Positions 15,725 to 29,325 of a stretch of DNA of 64,000 nucleotides are shown here, piece after piece (the stretch's first letter is position 1; each line of letters starts with the position of its first letter). The DNA lies in NCBI GenBank assembly GCA_951406725.2, contig OX597816.1:156364001-156428000 (forward strand). The letters are read 5' to 3'. Under the pieces are notes generated by a model that searched no databases, was not told the DNA's origin, and saw nothing but the letters and a program-made list of their open reading frames with translations. The translations under genes and the position numbers were made by a program. The stretch comes from Octopus vulgaris (taxonomy: Eukaryota).

Positions 15725-16335
15725 ACAATTAATATTGCCAAACTAACTGCGGAGCTTGAAGCATTCCAACGCCACCACACTAAAAAAATTGAAGCAGTGC
15801 AGCGGATGAGCTACAAGGATAGGCTGAGAAAACTACAGCCTTTCTCACTGGAACGAAGGCGTGAGAGATATGCAATAATATACATAGGGAAAATCCTAGA
15901 AGGGCTAGTACCTAAATTTGGCAGTGAGTGTTATACAAATGCCAGAACTGCTATCGTATTGTACAAAAGGTACCATTCACTCCATCTAATTTCAGGACCA
16001 GGTATTGCAACAGTTTAGGGTTCAAATGCTCACAGCTCTTCAATGGCCTGCCACAAAAATTAAGAAATTTGCATAAGGTGGAAATAGATGTCTTCAAAAA
16101 GGAACTAGACATCCTCCTCTCCACAATACCGGATGAACCAACAGCCTGACATGAGGTACCGACGAGGGTAGCAGAATGAAACTCATTTATACACTAAATG
16201 TGCGAACAGCTGGGTCAAAGGCACATACAGGAGTAGTGATGTGAAACACCCAAACTGAGGAAGTCAGAAAGACCATGGTGGTACTCCAGCATGACCACGG
16301 CCGCATGACTGTAACGAATAAAAGAGTATATAATA
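15725..16335 (+). mobile_element. 5'-truncated CR1-group LINE: ORF2 C-terminus, 3'UTR and tail
   Basis: ELEAFQRHHTKKI..MSYKDRLRKLQPFSLERRRERYAIIYIGKILEGLVP, then a frameshift, then QLFNGLPQKLRNL..FKKELDILLSTIPDEP. This is the typical post-RT C-terminus of CR1/L2-group LINEs, followed by an A-rich tail near 16320. Confidence 0.85.
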
Positions 16336-16351
16336 AAGCTCTCGACAGAAT

Positions 16352-16520
16352 GCGGTGAGCTGACAAAATCGTTAGCATATCGGGCAGAATATATAGCGGC
16401 CATTTTTTCCGGCTCTTTACATTCTGAGTTCAAATATCGCAGTAGTCGACTTTCCCTTTCATCCCTTTTGGGGTTGATAAAAATTGTCTGTTGAACACTG
16501 GAATCGATGTAATCCATCTC
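16352..16520 (+). mobile_element. SINE family C copy directly after the LINE tail
   Basis: gcggtgagctgacaaaatcgttagc...ttctgagttcaaat...gtcgactttccctttcatcccttttggggttgataaa. Confidence 0.7.
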
Positions 16521-17304
16521 AGGAAAGGCTTTTTTACCTGATTAGAAAGAGTGTAATACGGTTGTCTGTTAGAATACTCTCTGCTCGATGGAAGCAGGCT
16601 TGACCTGCCTGAGTGGTTAAGAAACTTATGTTGCAATTTCGAGAGATATCGCGATCGATCCCAATTCTTGACATTCTAGATAATTTAATTTAACATCTCC
16701 CCAGTCAACTGAGATTTTGTTAGTGAAATTGGATAGACGGAAGATTAGCGGATTAAGCATACCTGTAATTCAAAAGACCGAATTTGTCATACACTATATT
16801 ATATTGTTTCTACCAGAGGATCATGAAAAGCGTACAAGTATCTGCGTACGTCATTTGAAAAATAACTCAATGAACACCTGGAACAACAGATCCTTGATCA
16901 GTTATGACGATGATCATGCAGTTATTCGATGAACTGCACAATCTATTAGTTCACATGTAAATAGATGAGTATTCCACAGACGCTTGAACAAAATGAGTGT
17001 GACAAAGTGACTAATAAACGATTAACCATTGACCCACAGACACAATATATCCGACGGCTTGACACACACTTTCCGCCCACGAGATTTCACTCACTGAGGT
17101 TTCGTAAACCGAGAAGCAGCACTGTGGAAGCGAGCCCGAGATCTCCCGACTGTCAAGCGAAATTCTAACCAAAAGAGCTACATGGGGTGCCGAAATGTTT
17201 CTGGTTTTATGGGTATTGTGAAAGGCCTGACTGGAGACCCAACCTTCCAAGGTCTTTCTCAAGGTTTAGAAAAACTGAAGGACCGCAGCAATAAGTGCCT
17301 GAAA

Positions 17305-17870
17305 CTGAGGCCCTAAATTTTGGGGGAGGAGGCCAGTCGATTAGATCAACCCTAGTACGCAACTGGCAGTTAATTTATCGACCCCGAAAAGATGAAAAGC
17401 AAAGTCGACTTCGGCGGAATTTGAACTCAGAACATAAAGACAGGCGAAAGACCTATTTCTTTACTACCCACAAGGGGCTAAACACAGAGAGGGCAAACAA
17501 GGACACACAAACGGATTAAGTCGATTCTATCGACCCCCGTGCGTAAATGGTACTTATTTAATCGACTCCATAAGGATGAAAGGCAAAGTCAACCTCGGCG
17601 GAATTTGAACTCAAAACGTAGCGGCAGCCGAAATACCTATTTCTTTACTACCTACAAGGGGCTAAACACAGAGAGGACAAGCAAGGACACACAAACGGAT
17701 TAAGTCGATTCTATCGACCCCAGTGCGTAACTGGTACTTATTTAATCGACCCCGTAAGGATGAAAGGCAAAGTCGACCTCGGCGGAATCTGAACTCAGAA
17801 CGTAACGGCAGACGAAATATCGCTAAGCATTTCGCCCGGCGTGCTAACGTTTCTGCCAGCTAGCCGCCTT
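17305..17870 (-). mobile_element. SINE family C with three tandem ~185-bp internal units
   Basis: The minus-strand head is aaggcggctagctggcagaaacgttagcacgccgggcgaaatgcttagc. Units repeat at about 17336, 17520 and 17704. Confidence 0.85.
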
Positions 17871-18201
17871 GAAGAGAAGAATATACTGAATAATATCATA
17901 ATTAACTCATCCTCCTATATTTTCTTCTATCCAAAGCCAGAAATAATATATTTGCATTGCACGCTCAGAATATATATTGTTGAGAACGACGAAGGTTCAG
18001 CTTGCTTTATTTAGAGCATGTCTATAATGAAGGGAAGTCAGTTCTTAGTCAATATGAATCGAATGATTTTGAAGTCGGACATCATTTTATCAAGAACCGA
18101 CTCAGCAAAAATAACAGGGTACGTGACCGAACATTTTGAATTATTGATATACTGTGGAGAGATAAAACAAATGTGGTATCGATCAGATCTATCTATTTAT
18201 C

Positions 18202-18520
18202 TATCTGTTTGCTTCTACTCACATACTACACACACATACATACAGACGCACACTTACTCTCTCTCTCTCTTTCTCTCTATTTCCAAACATATCACGAAAT
18301 GAATGTGCACTAAACACAGAACTTGTGTCACTAAGTCAATCTGCTTATTTAATACATGTGATTCTAACCAAATATGTGAGTGACACTTGCCTTCGTTTGC
18401 TCACTCATATACGTATATGTGAATGTGTGAGTGTATATATGTGTGTGTATGGGTCAGAGTATGTGTGTATCTGTTTGCTTCTACTCACATACTACACACA
18501 CATACATACAGACGCACACT

Positions 18521-18570
<50 letters not shown>

Positions 18571-18759
18571 ATTTCCAAACATATCACGAAATGAATGTGC
18601 ACTAAACACAGAACTTGTGTCACTAAGTCAATCTGCTTATTTAATACATGTGATTCTAACCAAATATGTGAGTGATACTTGCCTTCGTTTGCTCACTCAT
18701 ATACGTATATGTGAATGTGTGAGTGTATATATGTGTGTGTATGGGTCAGAGTATGTGTG
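18202..18759. repeat. Tandem duplication of a 266/292-bp unit
   Basis: Units 18202-18467 and 18468-18759 are identical except for the (CT)n length (+26 bp) and one C/T change. Confidence 0.92.
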
Positions 18760-19459
18760 TATGTGTGCGTGTGTGTGTGTTTATGCTTCTATCTATATTG
18801 TATGACGTCAAATATTTCAATATGCTATCGGTCAGATAGAAAACATTATAGATATATAGTCTCGTTATATTTTATTAGTAATATGATTACCATTCTTACT
18901 TCTACATCATTAATTCTACTCTGACGTGAGACATCGGATCTTTTATTGTATTTCACTTAGCAATGTGCCGTCATGAATATGTTAGCAGTATATAAATGGT
19001 CCAGTTATGTTGCTTTTATTTTATAAGTTACAGTTACTTTGTTTGAACTGAAAAGAGCCATGATGTGTATTATGCCACGTTGTATAATTAGAAAACTTAA
19101 TCAACTGGAATCAGTCGTAAAACTGATATAATAAAGAGGCGTATCACATGCTTTCCTCTGTGTAATGCGATACTTAACTCATTGTAGTGACTTTTGCTTT
19201 TCATGCTTTGCTTTCGACATCGAGAGAATGGAAACGAAATTCAATGAAGGGTTCTCAAAACATTATTGAATTTCGTTTTTCGCTAGTAAAAACAATAAAA
19301 AAGTGCAGCCCTGAATTTGGTAAATCATTTAAACTGCCTATTCTGGTTTTCATTAATTCGCCAAACTTATTGTCATTGACATGTATTTCAAGGTTTGGTT
19401 CCCATTAAGAAGTCTCGTTCCCACCAAGAAGTCTAATATTTCGCATTCTTCATATATTG

Positions 19460-19890
19460 GCTTCAAATTTTGGCACATGATCAGCAAGTTCGGGGGAGGA
19501 GTAAATCAATTACACCAACCTCAGTAATTCCTTTCTGCTCTAAGCACAAGGTCCGACATTTTTGGGGAGGAGGCCAGTCGATTATATCGACCCCAGTACG
19601 CAACTGGTACTTAATTTATTGACCCTGAAAGCACGAAAGGCAAAGTCAACCTTGGCGAAATTTGAATTCATAACATAAAGACAGACGAAGTACTGCTAAG
19701 TATTTCGTCCGGCGTGCTAACGTTTCTACCAGCTCGCCGCCTTACATGAAACCCCGAAATTTACGGGTACTTACTTTATTGCTTTCGAAAGGGTGAAAGG
19801 CAAAGTCAACCTCGGCAGAACACAAAGACAGACAAAATACTGCTAAGCATTTCGCCCAGCGTGCTAACATTTCTGCCAGCTAGCCGTTGA
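19460..19890 (-). mobile_element. SINE family C cluster (2-3 partial copies)
   Basis: Two heads (gctaacgtttctaccagctcgccgcc near 19740; gctaacatttctgccagctagccg near 19885) plus core units. Confidence 0.8.
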
Positions 19891-20007
19891 CTCTCGTGCT
19901 CTAATTTGCCGAAATTTTGCTCTTGCAACGAATAAAGTCGCCTCTCTTCCACTACATAATATATTATGTAAGTTGTGTATGATATTACAATTTCTAGGGT
20001 AAATTTC

Positions 20008-20091
<84 letters not shown>

Positions 20092-20110
20092 GTGTGTGTG
20101 TATTATATAT

Positions 20111-20316
20111 TCCTTTACTTGTTTCAATCACATTGACTGCGGCTATGATGGACCACCGCCTTTAGTCGAGCAAATGGACCCCAGAACTTATTCTTTGTGA
20201 GTCTAGTACTTATTCTACGGTCCCTTTTACCCGACCGCTATGTTACCGAGACGTAAACGCACTAATATCGGTTGTCAAGCGATGGTTGGGTGGGGGGGCT
20301 CTAACACAGACACACA

Positions 20317-20376
<60 letters not shown>

Positions 20377-20516
20377 TGCGACGGGCTTCAGTTTCCGTCT
20401 ACCAAATCCACTCACAAAGACACTTGCCCAATGTGCCACGCAGTGAAACTGAACCCGGAATCATGTGGTTGGGAAGCAAGCTTTTTAGCTTTTTACCACA
20501 CAGCCATTCCTGCGCT
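20111..20516 (-). mobile_element. SINE family A, near full-length copy with an internal deletion
   Basis: The reverse complement matches 39581-40006 from head to tail. Confidence 0.85.
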
Positions 20517-22707
20517 TATATATGTATGTATAGAATCAAACGTAAATGCTTATAACCTGACGTAACTGTGTCTGTGTGTGCGTTATATGTAGTCCAAATC
20601 TAAGGTACAAGTGGAATCGATAAACTTGAGCCAGTGACTTATGCTATTTATGTTATCGATCCTAAAATGGATAAACAGCAAAACCAATCTTTGCAACATT
20701 TTAAACATGACGTAGATGTGACAAGATTGAATATTATGTAGAATTTGTTACAGCGCTGTTTTGTTTCTAATCGCTTTGCAAGCCGAGACATGAAAAGAAA
20801 GAATAAAATGTTGCATTTTCTTTATAAATATCAGTTTTGTACGACAATATGAAACCTAAGTATCTTGGACAAACTTAATGCGTATTTTCTCTGTCTCTTT
20901 CTCGAAAGTATTATAGATGTAATTGATATGAATCAGTTGGACAACATTTGACCAAGCGTCATGGAGTTGCTTTTCTTAACTGTGGGTGGAAAAGATATAC
21001 AACTACCCTTAGAGCCGAGAGTTGCTGTCTGCTGTTCGAGATAATAGAGATTACTGTCTTACGTAATTAAATGTGAAGTGTGAGGTTTAAAGCTGGAGTT
21101 TCCTTGTCAATCAAACATTCTGGTAATCTTGTTTAAATAAACAGAGTTTCTTCTTATGTGAATTTATAAAACAAAATCTGTGTAGGATAAAATGCGCACT
21201 TTGTCACATGTTTGTTGAGGATTAATACCTAGGGATTTAAATTCATAGCCCCAGCTAACTTTTATTGATTACACTTACGGTCAACAAAATTCCAGCTGTG
21301 ACCATCTGCTGTTTGCCTTTTTTCTTCTTTCTAACATAAGTACTTCATATTTTGGCACCGGAACAACAATTTTGAAAGGAGGGAGCAAATGGATTACATA
21401 AACTCCAGTACTGGTCTGGTAATTTATCGACTCCAAAAGGATAAAATGCAAAAGTGAACTCGATAGGACTTGAACTCAAAAACGTAAAAACTTGAAGAAA
21501 AGCGGCGTGGTATTTTCTTTTTCTTTCCGACGACTTAACGATTCCGCTAACTCACGGACTTTCATAAGAAATCTACTATGTTATCCAATATGTCCTATAA
21601 ATTCATAAACTGTGATTTGAGTAAGATGTGGTTGTTATTTCTGGTATGTCAAGCCACCACACAGGGATACTTATCATCATAATGTTTTCACATTTTGTGC
21701 CGAAGTAACTCAGTCAGACAGGAATTCAGTTCCATGTCCTAAAAGTTGGATAAGATTGGAATAGGACAATAAAAACTGAGTGGTATAGCACATCAGAGAA
21801 TAAAAACTGCAGCACACTTTACTAGGAGAATATCTGTATGAAATATTAAAATGAATTTAGTCCAGCGCTCTTTTTTTGGTGCCAACTTGTCAATTGGAGC
21901 AAGTTGATCGTTTTTTTTTTATATTTTGACGATTAGTACAGATGGTGAAAATTTACAGATCTTGTAATGGACAGATAGTGATGTGGGGATGCGGTTTCAT
22001 GTTGTAGATTACACATAGGGAAACTAGCTTAGTCAGGGAACATATTGTCGAAATAGCAAGCAATTTTCCTTCAGATTAAACTTTGCTGTCTAAAAACGGA
22101 TATGTGAAAGCAGTATCTGTACGTGTCTGCACATGGTTGCACTCATATACACTCACGCTAACAAACACACGTTTGACTTACATTCAGATTTGCTTAAAGT
22201 TTTATATGCGTGCACACACGTTTCTCTCTCTCTGCATGTGTGTGCGTGTGTGTGTGCATGAGTTTACTAACTACATCTAGGCTTTAAGACCTCAGTTTTT
22301 ACCTTCTAGTAGAAATTATTTTGGTAGTAACATATTATTGAGTCTTTGATGTAGATCCACGTATACATGAAGATGAATGGTGGCTTATTTTCTCTCTCAA
22401 ATGCTTGCTACAGGAATTCAGATATTTTCCTCTACAAAAGGAAAATAGATTAGTATAACGCAAAATTTCATTACCGAAATAGTTCGCAAAACTGGGTAGA
22501 AATATAAGATAAGCCTGCAACAAACAGATCCACGTAGTTCTTCATAATTCCTCAAGGATTTAATACATCCAAAAAATAGTATTCTTCCCTAAACTGATAT
22601 CCTGGAATAATTTCATTGTTTCGTAAAGATTTAATAATGGAATGCAAAACTTTTTAACAAAACGAAAGTATAATTGTGTTTTCAATTATATCTATCTATC
22701 TATTTAT

Positions 22708-22789
<82 letters not shown>

Positions 22790-22798
22790 CTCTCTCTA

Positions 22799-22855
<57 letters not shown>

Positions 22856-23103
22856 TCTTTTCTTTCTAACATTATTCTTTCTTTCTGTAAGTTCTATGTG
22901 TATGTGTGTACGCGTGCGTATGTATGTGTGTCTGCGTATATTTTTACTTGTTTATGTAATAGGACTGGGAATTAATAAATTTGATTCAATTCTCACCATT
23001 GAACTCCCCATCGGCAAATGGTATGAGGTTGGTATTTTAAAAACTGCTTTAAAATAATACCATTAAATAATTGTACGTATGCATACATGAATCCATACAT
23101 ACG

Positions 23104-23151
<48 letters not shown>

Positions 23152-25457
23152 CTATTTTTCACTGTGTGCGTGTTTGTGCTTGCTCGTGTGCCTGTATATA
23201 CATATATGTGTATGTTTGAATGTGCGTGTTTCTTCTAAAACGAACACTTGTTTTGGAACATAAACTTCTTTTTTGCTGGGTATGTATATGTGTGTGTTGC
23301 AAGAGAATTGACGCCATATCATCTCTTATGATTTTATACATAAATCTACCACCTAGATGAACTTAACCATTGTACACATTATACTGTAATTATATAGTTT
23401 ATATTTATAATATACAATGTGCAGCTATATAAGCTATGTCGGATATTACACATTGTGATTTATATACTGTGTACTGCATTGTGGTGGATTGGATTAATCG
23501 TTAGACAAATGTGTTTTTCAGCTCTTTTCGTTATATGTTCAAGTACTTCCGAGGTTAAACATGCCATTTTATCCCTCCGGCTTCCATAAAATGAAGAACC
23601 AATCAAGTACAGTGGACGATTTAATTGACTTGCCTTGTCTTCTTAGAAATGACCGACGTTGTGTCTACGTCTGAAAATATTAAGACTGAATCGAAGATTC
23701 GTTAGCGCGTCGGTCGAATTGCCTCGAGGCATTTACGTTCTAAGTCCGAAACTCGCTAAAACCAAACGCTTCTTTCTCATTCTTTAGGATCTACAAAAGT
23801 ATAGTACCGATCATCGAATAATTTTATTCGACACTCTTCATCCAAATATAAAGCCACGTGACAACATCACAAACAATTATTGTTATTGTCATTTTGATAC
23901 TTTAATAATTATTAATACAGAAGTACATACTGTTTGTGTGATATGATAAAAGAACCGCTTGACAGCTGCAACTGAGTGGCTAAAACACTGTTGGACGACT
24001 TCTTCTCCAACTGACAACCCCAGCTGCGAAACCTGTCATTGAAGCTACGTTGTATTATTCTGAATCAAGATATTTTACTCACTTTGGCCTAGATGACCAA
24101 TACTGAGAGAGTATAATGTACGACAAGCCGCGAGATACAGAATGGGATTCTTGTGAAACGTAAACACAGTAGCACACATAATGAATAGTTACATTAACCC
24201 TAGTATATTATCTTTTGTTGAATCATCTAGAAGAATAAAGGCAGTTTTATGACTACTCCCACGTGGCCTCTGTGTCTTCCGGAAATAATGAGGGTATTTT
24301 ATTTGAGCTTTTCTTGTAACAAAGTTCTGTTTGCAAGAAAATGGACTCAGAAAAAGTCACCCAACGACTATACGGTAGGTTTAAATTAAACCTGGTAACG
24401 TATTAAGCCTATTTCAGCGATATTTTTATTACCAAACATATAAAGATGGAAAGTAAAACTGAGATAGGGGAGATTTAAAACCTGAAATTAACTCCACATA
24501 AAATGCTGCCGAGGATATTTTTTCTTCAAGATTCTACCGATTCAGCCATATGTAAATAAACAGTTGATTTCTTAGTTTGGGGGCTAGAACAGATTTTCTC
24601 TTTAGATGCAAAATCTGACTGGTTATCATAAGCTAGGTGTTCAATTCGTGCTCCTAGGTTTGCATTGCGTATTTCATCAATGCATTTAATTTCGCTCCCC
24701 CGCAGTATTCTTATTTTTAGTGTCTACCAAATGGTAGATTGTGGAACCTTCAATTACTCCAACAGCGGTATCCGGCATGTTCTTTTGAGTCGAAAATGAG
24801 ACGTTCCAGAGGAAGGAAGGCCGCTGGCTGTTCACAAATACACGGGCAATTAGTGAAAGTAAGATACTCTGTCACGAATAACTTACTACGACTTATATTC
24901 CATTAGTATATAATTTTATCAGACTAGCAAATGAAAGACACAGTTGACCTCGGTAAGTATTGAACATATAACAATAACTAACTAATAACAGAAAACATAT
25001 GGTTTAATCTAATACTCAACCATATTGCCATCCTATTTTGACGTATAATAATAGTATTCTTGAATAATGCTACAAAGCCTAAATTTCACAGGGAGCGAAG
25101 TCAATCTTATCGACCTAACCCATTGATTGGTATTTTTCTTTTCTCACCCAAACTATCCCCGAAAGTATGTTGTTGTAAAGTTAAGTATAAAATAACTGTT
25201 TAAAAATTTGTCACAAGGCCAGTAATTTTGGAGAAAGGGAAAGTCGATATTTTCATCCCACATCTCTCGACTGATATTTAATTTACCTGTGAAAAGATGA
25301 AAAGTAAATCGGCCTCAACGGGATTTCTGCTCAGCGTGTAAAAACAAGAAGTGATATATATTTTGTCCCACGCGATAACGTTGCCAACACGCAGCCTTCG
25401 AGAAAACCCCTGCACACACAAAGACACACCGACTTATCCATATACATAACTATGTAT

Positions 25458-25489
<32 letters not shown>

Positions 25490-26191
25490 GTACATTCATA
25501 CGCAAAGACACACACATGCATACAAATAAATAAACGCATATACACACAGCCATATACGCATACACAAATACCCACTTACACATAGGTATATACGCACGCA
25601 AACGCAGACAGACACGAAAAGACACGCGCACATACAATGCACACACATACACACATGCTTGCACACGTGCGCATGCATACGCGTACACACGCACACACAC
25701 ACACACGTACAAATATGTAATTGTTTTCGAATAACAAAATTGGACGTCTTGAACAATTTTCTTTTTAAATAGTTGGCAATGTCAGCAAGCAATTTTGAGA
25801 TATTCCGGTTCAGAAGTAGTTTAATGTTGTTCTAGCTCCATTTTATTCTAATGTTTATTTTACTTAGTTTTCTTATATATCACTCAGTAAGGAGTTTCAT
25901 GTTGTTTTTTTATTGGTTTAACTTTTTATATATGTGCTTCTTTGTTATACAATCTATGTTTAATCAATGTTGCGCTAAAGGCCTTGAATGGAGAACATAA
26001 CATAAAAAAAAAATAATTATATACAAATACAACATCTGACAGATTTTTGGCACATGTTATGTTTTCTAAGTCAATGGCGACAATATAATAAGATGCATTT
26101 TGGTGTCCTGAGATGTAATAAATATCATCATTCCATCAGAATACAAAACTGTAGTTTTGAGACAAAGCCCTCAATGTTTAAAATAATAATA

Positions 26192-26281
<90 letters not shown>

Positions 26282-28191
26282 GTGTTATCATGTACATTGT
26301 TTTGTCTTGGTATAAAAAATAGGCTACAGCAAATATTCTGCTCAATACCACAGATTTGCTTGTCAGTTGTTTGACCTTAATCAGTTGACCATGTCCCTTA
26401 GTGGCTGACGATATGTGCATCTCTGATCACGAGCAGAAGTAGTGGGGGGGGGGCATCATAGCCGTGTGTTAAAAGGAATTCTTGGAGGTTTTGATAATTC
26501 ACATTTCGAAACATGGGTGGTTCGTTCAACGTCCTTAAACAATCCTTATTCAGGGATCTTTTGAGCAGGATGGGCTACTCGACCAGAAGAAAATTCTAAC
26601 TGGGCCACACTAAAACTCCATATTATTGTGAATGGTTATGGCTGCTACCATACTGTTGGTTCTTATTTCTTAGCCTCGGAGTGATCTTCCGACGGATATC
26701 ATTATTCAGTTTCCTTAGCTACAACATCATATGATGACATTTTCGGACAACTGCCTATGATGTGGCTGATATCTTCGGTGTTAACTCCACAAAATCTTCA
26801 TCAGTTGTCATATTTTACTGCTTTTCCTGCATGTCTATCCTTGCATCAGGCATTTGGTTCATATATCTTGTTCTTGGATTGTATGAATGTATGTACGTAT
26901 GTATGTACTATGTATGCATGTATGTGTGTATGTAAGTATGTGTGTATGTATGTGTATATGTATACATGTATGTATGTATGTTTATGTATGTGTGTGTGTG
27001 CTTGTATACTATGCGTACAAGAGCGTTTGACGTATGAGAATATATTAATAACTTCAGCTCCTCATTGTTACATGGACATTTTTGGTATGGACGTTTTTCT
27101 CTAGATATACGAAGCTTAAAACGTAGAAGGCTTGCGGCTAGAACCTAGGATTAAAGTGCATAAACTCTTTTACATTTCATAAATCACTCTCACCATAATT
27201 TTGAGAGTCTATTTTGATTAGCTAATGAAACCATTCTACTCAACGAGTTTGAAATCTTCGGTTATGAGTTATGTTCTTCAGATGAATATGAAAATGAAGG
27301 TTTTAACAGATGTTGATTTTTGTGATTTGAAGTTATTGTATTTTTCAACGCTGCCGAAGTTTCGATATGTTATTCAGTGCAAAGAAAATCTAAATGCATG
27401 ACTATTGATAAAGAAAAAGCCGCCTGCCATTTATTCCAACGAATGCTTACAACTGACAGATATCAGGTATTCAAGTACTTTGGAGCCAATGTTGCTGACA
27501 GTAAGAAACATTTTTGACCTGGAGTTCTTATAACAAGCTTCAAAACGGTTTGCAATTACCTGGTTTAAAGTCAATAAGGATGCTCTTCGTCAGGGCATGT
27601 GTAGATAGCATTTTTCTCTCTGGGAAAAGAACCTCAAGAAGGAGAAAGAAGTGTTTCAAGTACACCATGAAACGCCAATTGTCTGTGAGTTTCTTTGCTG
27701 CTTTCTCGTTTTCTCACTTTCACATGCACGCACACAATGACACAGACATACATACACATGCATACACACACACATACACACAAACACACGCTTACAAACA
27801 CACTTACAAACGTACTAACATAAGTAGACGTATAAACATATCTGCATGAAAATCTATATATGTAAGTATATCCATAAGTATTTATGTGTATGCATGTGCT
27901 TACGTATGTATGTATGTATGTATGTATGTATGTATGTATGTATGTATGTATGTATGTATGTTTAAGACCGTGACCTGTTCACTGACATAATTCCATGCTA
28001 CACGGAATTGTGTCAGTGAAAAGGTCACGGTCTCAAAGAGACGAAAATATTTTGGCAACTTAAATTGAAATGTTGAAGTGTATCTAACGGTTTTTATGTG
28101 TTTCTTAAATGGCATATAAAAGCCTTCCATGCTGCAATTGTTTTCGTTCCAGCACATGATCTCAGATCAGGTCACTTGCTATGCAAGTACA

Positions 28192-28280
<89 letters not shown>

Positions 28281-28299
28281 TATGTATGTATGTATATAT

Positions 28300-28505
28300 G
28301 TGTGTGTGTCTTTTTTGTCTACTGTTGCCCCGCACTAGTGCTCAACAGCCGGAGTTGGTGTGTTTGGGTCCCAGTAACTTAGCGGTTCGGCAATAGTGAC
28401 CGCAAGAATAAATACGTGCTGAAGTTAGTTCTACTGAAATTCTTCATTGCAGTGTCCCAGTATGGCCTGAGTCTGATGAGTGAATCAAGTAAAAACAAGT
28501 AAAAT
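28300..28505 (+). mobile_element. SINE family A 3' fragment
   Basis: gtaacttagcggttcggcaa followed by a family A-type tail. Confidence 0.6.
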
Positions 28506-28713
28506 ACATATTCGTAAGTATATATAAAAAGACAAATAAAACCGCGCACGCACACATACACATGCACTCACAGCTCCCACACACACACATACTCACATAT
28601 ACAAATATGTATGAATGTCACAAAACCTCCTGAGACAGTAAACACTTAGGAATTATTAAGCAACATTCATTAAGTATTTTTAGTATTATCCTGGCTCTAT
28701 TTATTCTCCCAAT

Positions 28714-29111
28714 AGTGGAGGCGCAATGGCCCAGTGGCCCAGTGGTTAGGGCAGCGGACTCGCGGTCATAGGATCGCGGTTTCGATTCCCAGACCGGGCG
28801 TTGTGAGTGTTTATTAAGCGAAAACACCTAAAAAGCTCCACGAGGCTCCGGCAGGGGATGGTGGTGATCCCTGCTGTACTCTTTCACCACAACTTTCTCT
28901 CAATCTTACTTCCTGTTTCTGTTGTACCTGTATTTCAAAGGGCCGGCCTTGTCACTCTCTGTGTCACGCTGAATATCCCCGAGAACTACGTTAAGGGTAC
29001 ACGTGTCTGTGGAGTGCTCAGCCACTTGCACGTTAATTTCACGAGCAGGCTGTTCCGTTGATTCGGATCAACCGGAACCCTCATCGTCGTAACTGACGGA
29101 GTGCTTCCCCC
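28714..29111 (+). mobile_element. SINE family B (tRNA-derived), full-length copy with an 11-bp TSD
   Basis: A-box TGGCCCAGTGG and B-box GGTTTCGATTCC. A perfect flanking direct repeat attctcccaat lies at 28703-28713 and 29112-29122. Confidence 0.92.
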
Positions 29112-29169
29112 ATTCTCCCAATGACGACAGTCATGTAATATGAGTATATACAATAATCGTTTCTATTAA

Positions 29170-29325
29170 AGGCACAAGGCCTAACATTTGGGAGTGGGAG
29201 AGATTAAGTCGATTACCTCGACCTCAGTGCATAACTGGTACTTATTTAATCGAGCTCGAAAGGACGAATGGTAAAGTTCACCTCGGTGACATTTGAACTT
29301 AGAACCTAAGGACGGACGAAAAGCC
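29170..29325 (-). mobile_element. SINE family C partial copy
   Basis: gattaagtcgattacctcgacctcagtgcataactggtacttatttaatcg core. Confidence 0.65.

Noticed and set aside
24600-24800. Possible Tc1/mariner N-terminal remnant (KVPQSTIW on minus); similar hints at about 17210-17298 and 21970-22000
   Set aside because: Single short motifs only, too weak to call without a database search.
26303-26610. Probable interspersed repeat (possible LINE 5' region); similar hint of an RTE remnant at about 33700-33990
   Set aside because: No second copy or clear protein motif in the window to support a family assignment.
28714-28800. tRNA-like sequence with A and B boxes
   Set aside because: It is a SINE head that continues into the repeat body and is bounded by a TSD, not a tRNA gene. 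The same applies to the other SINE heads.
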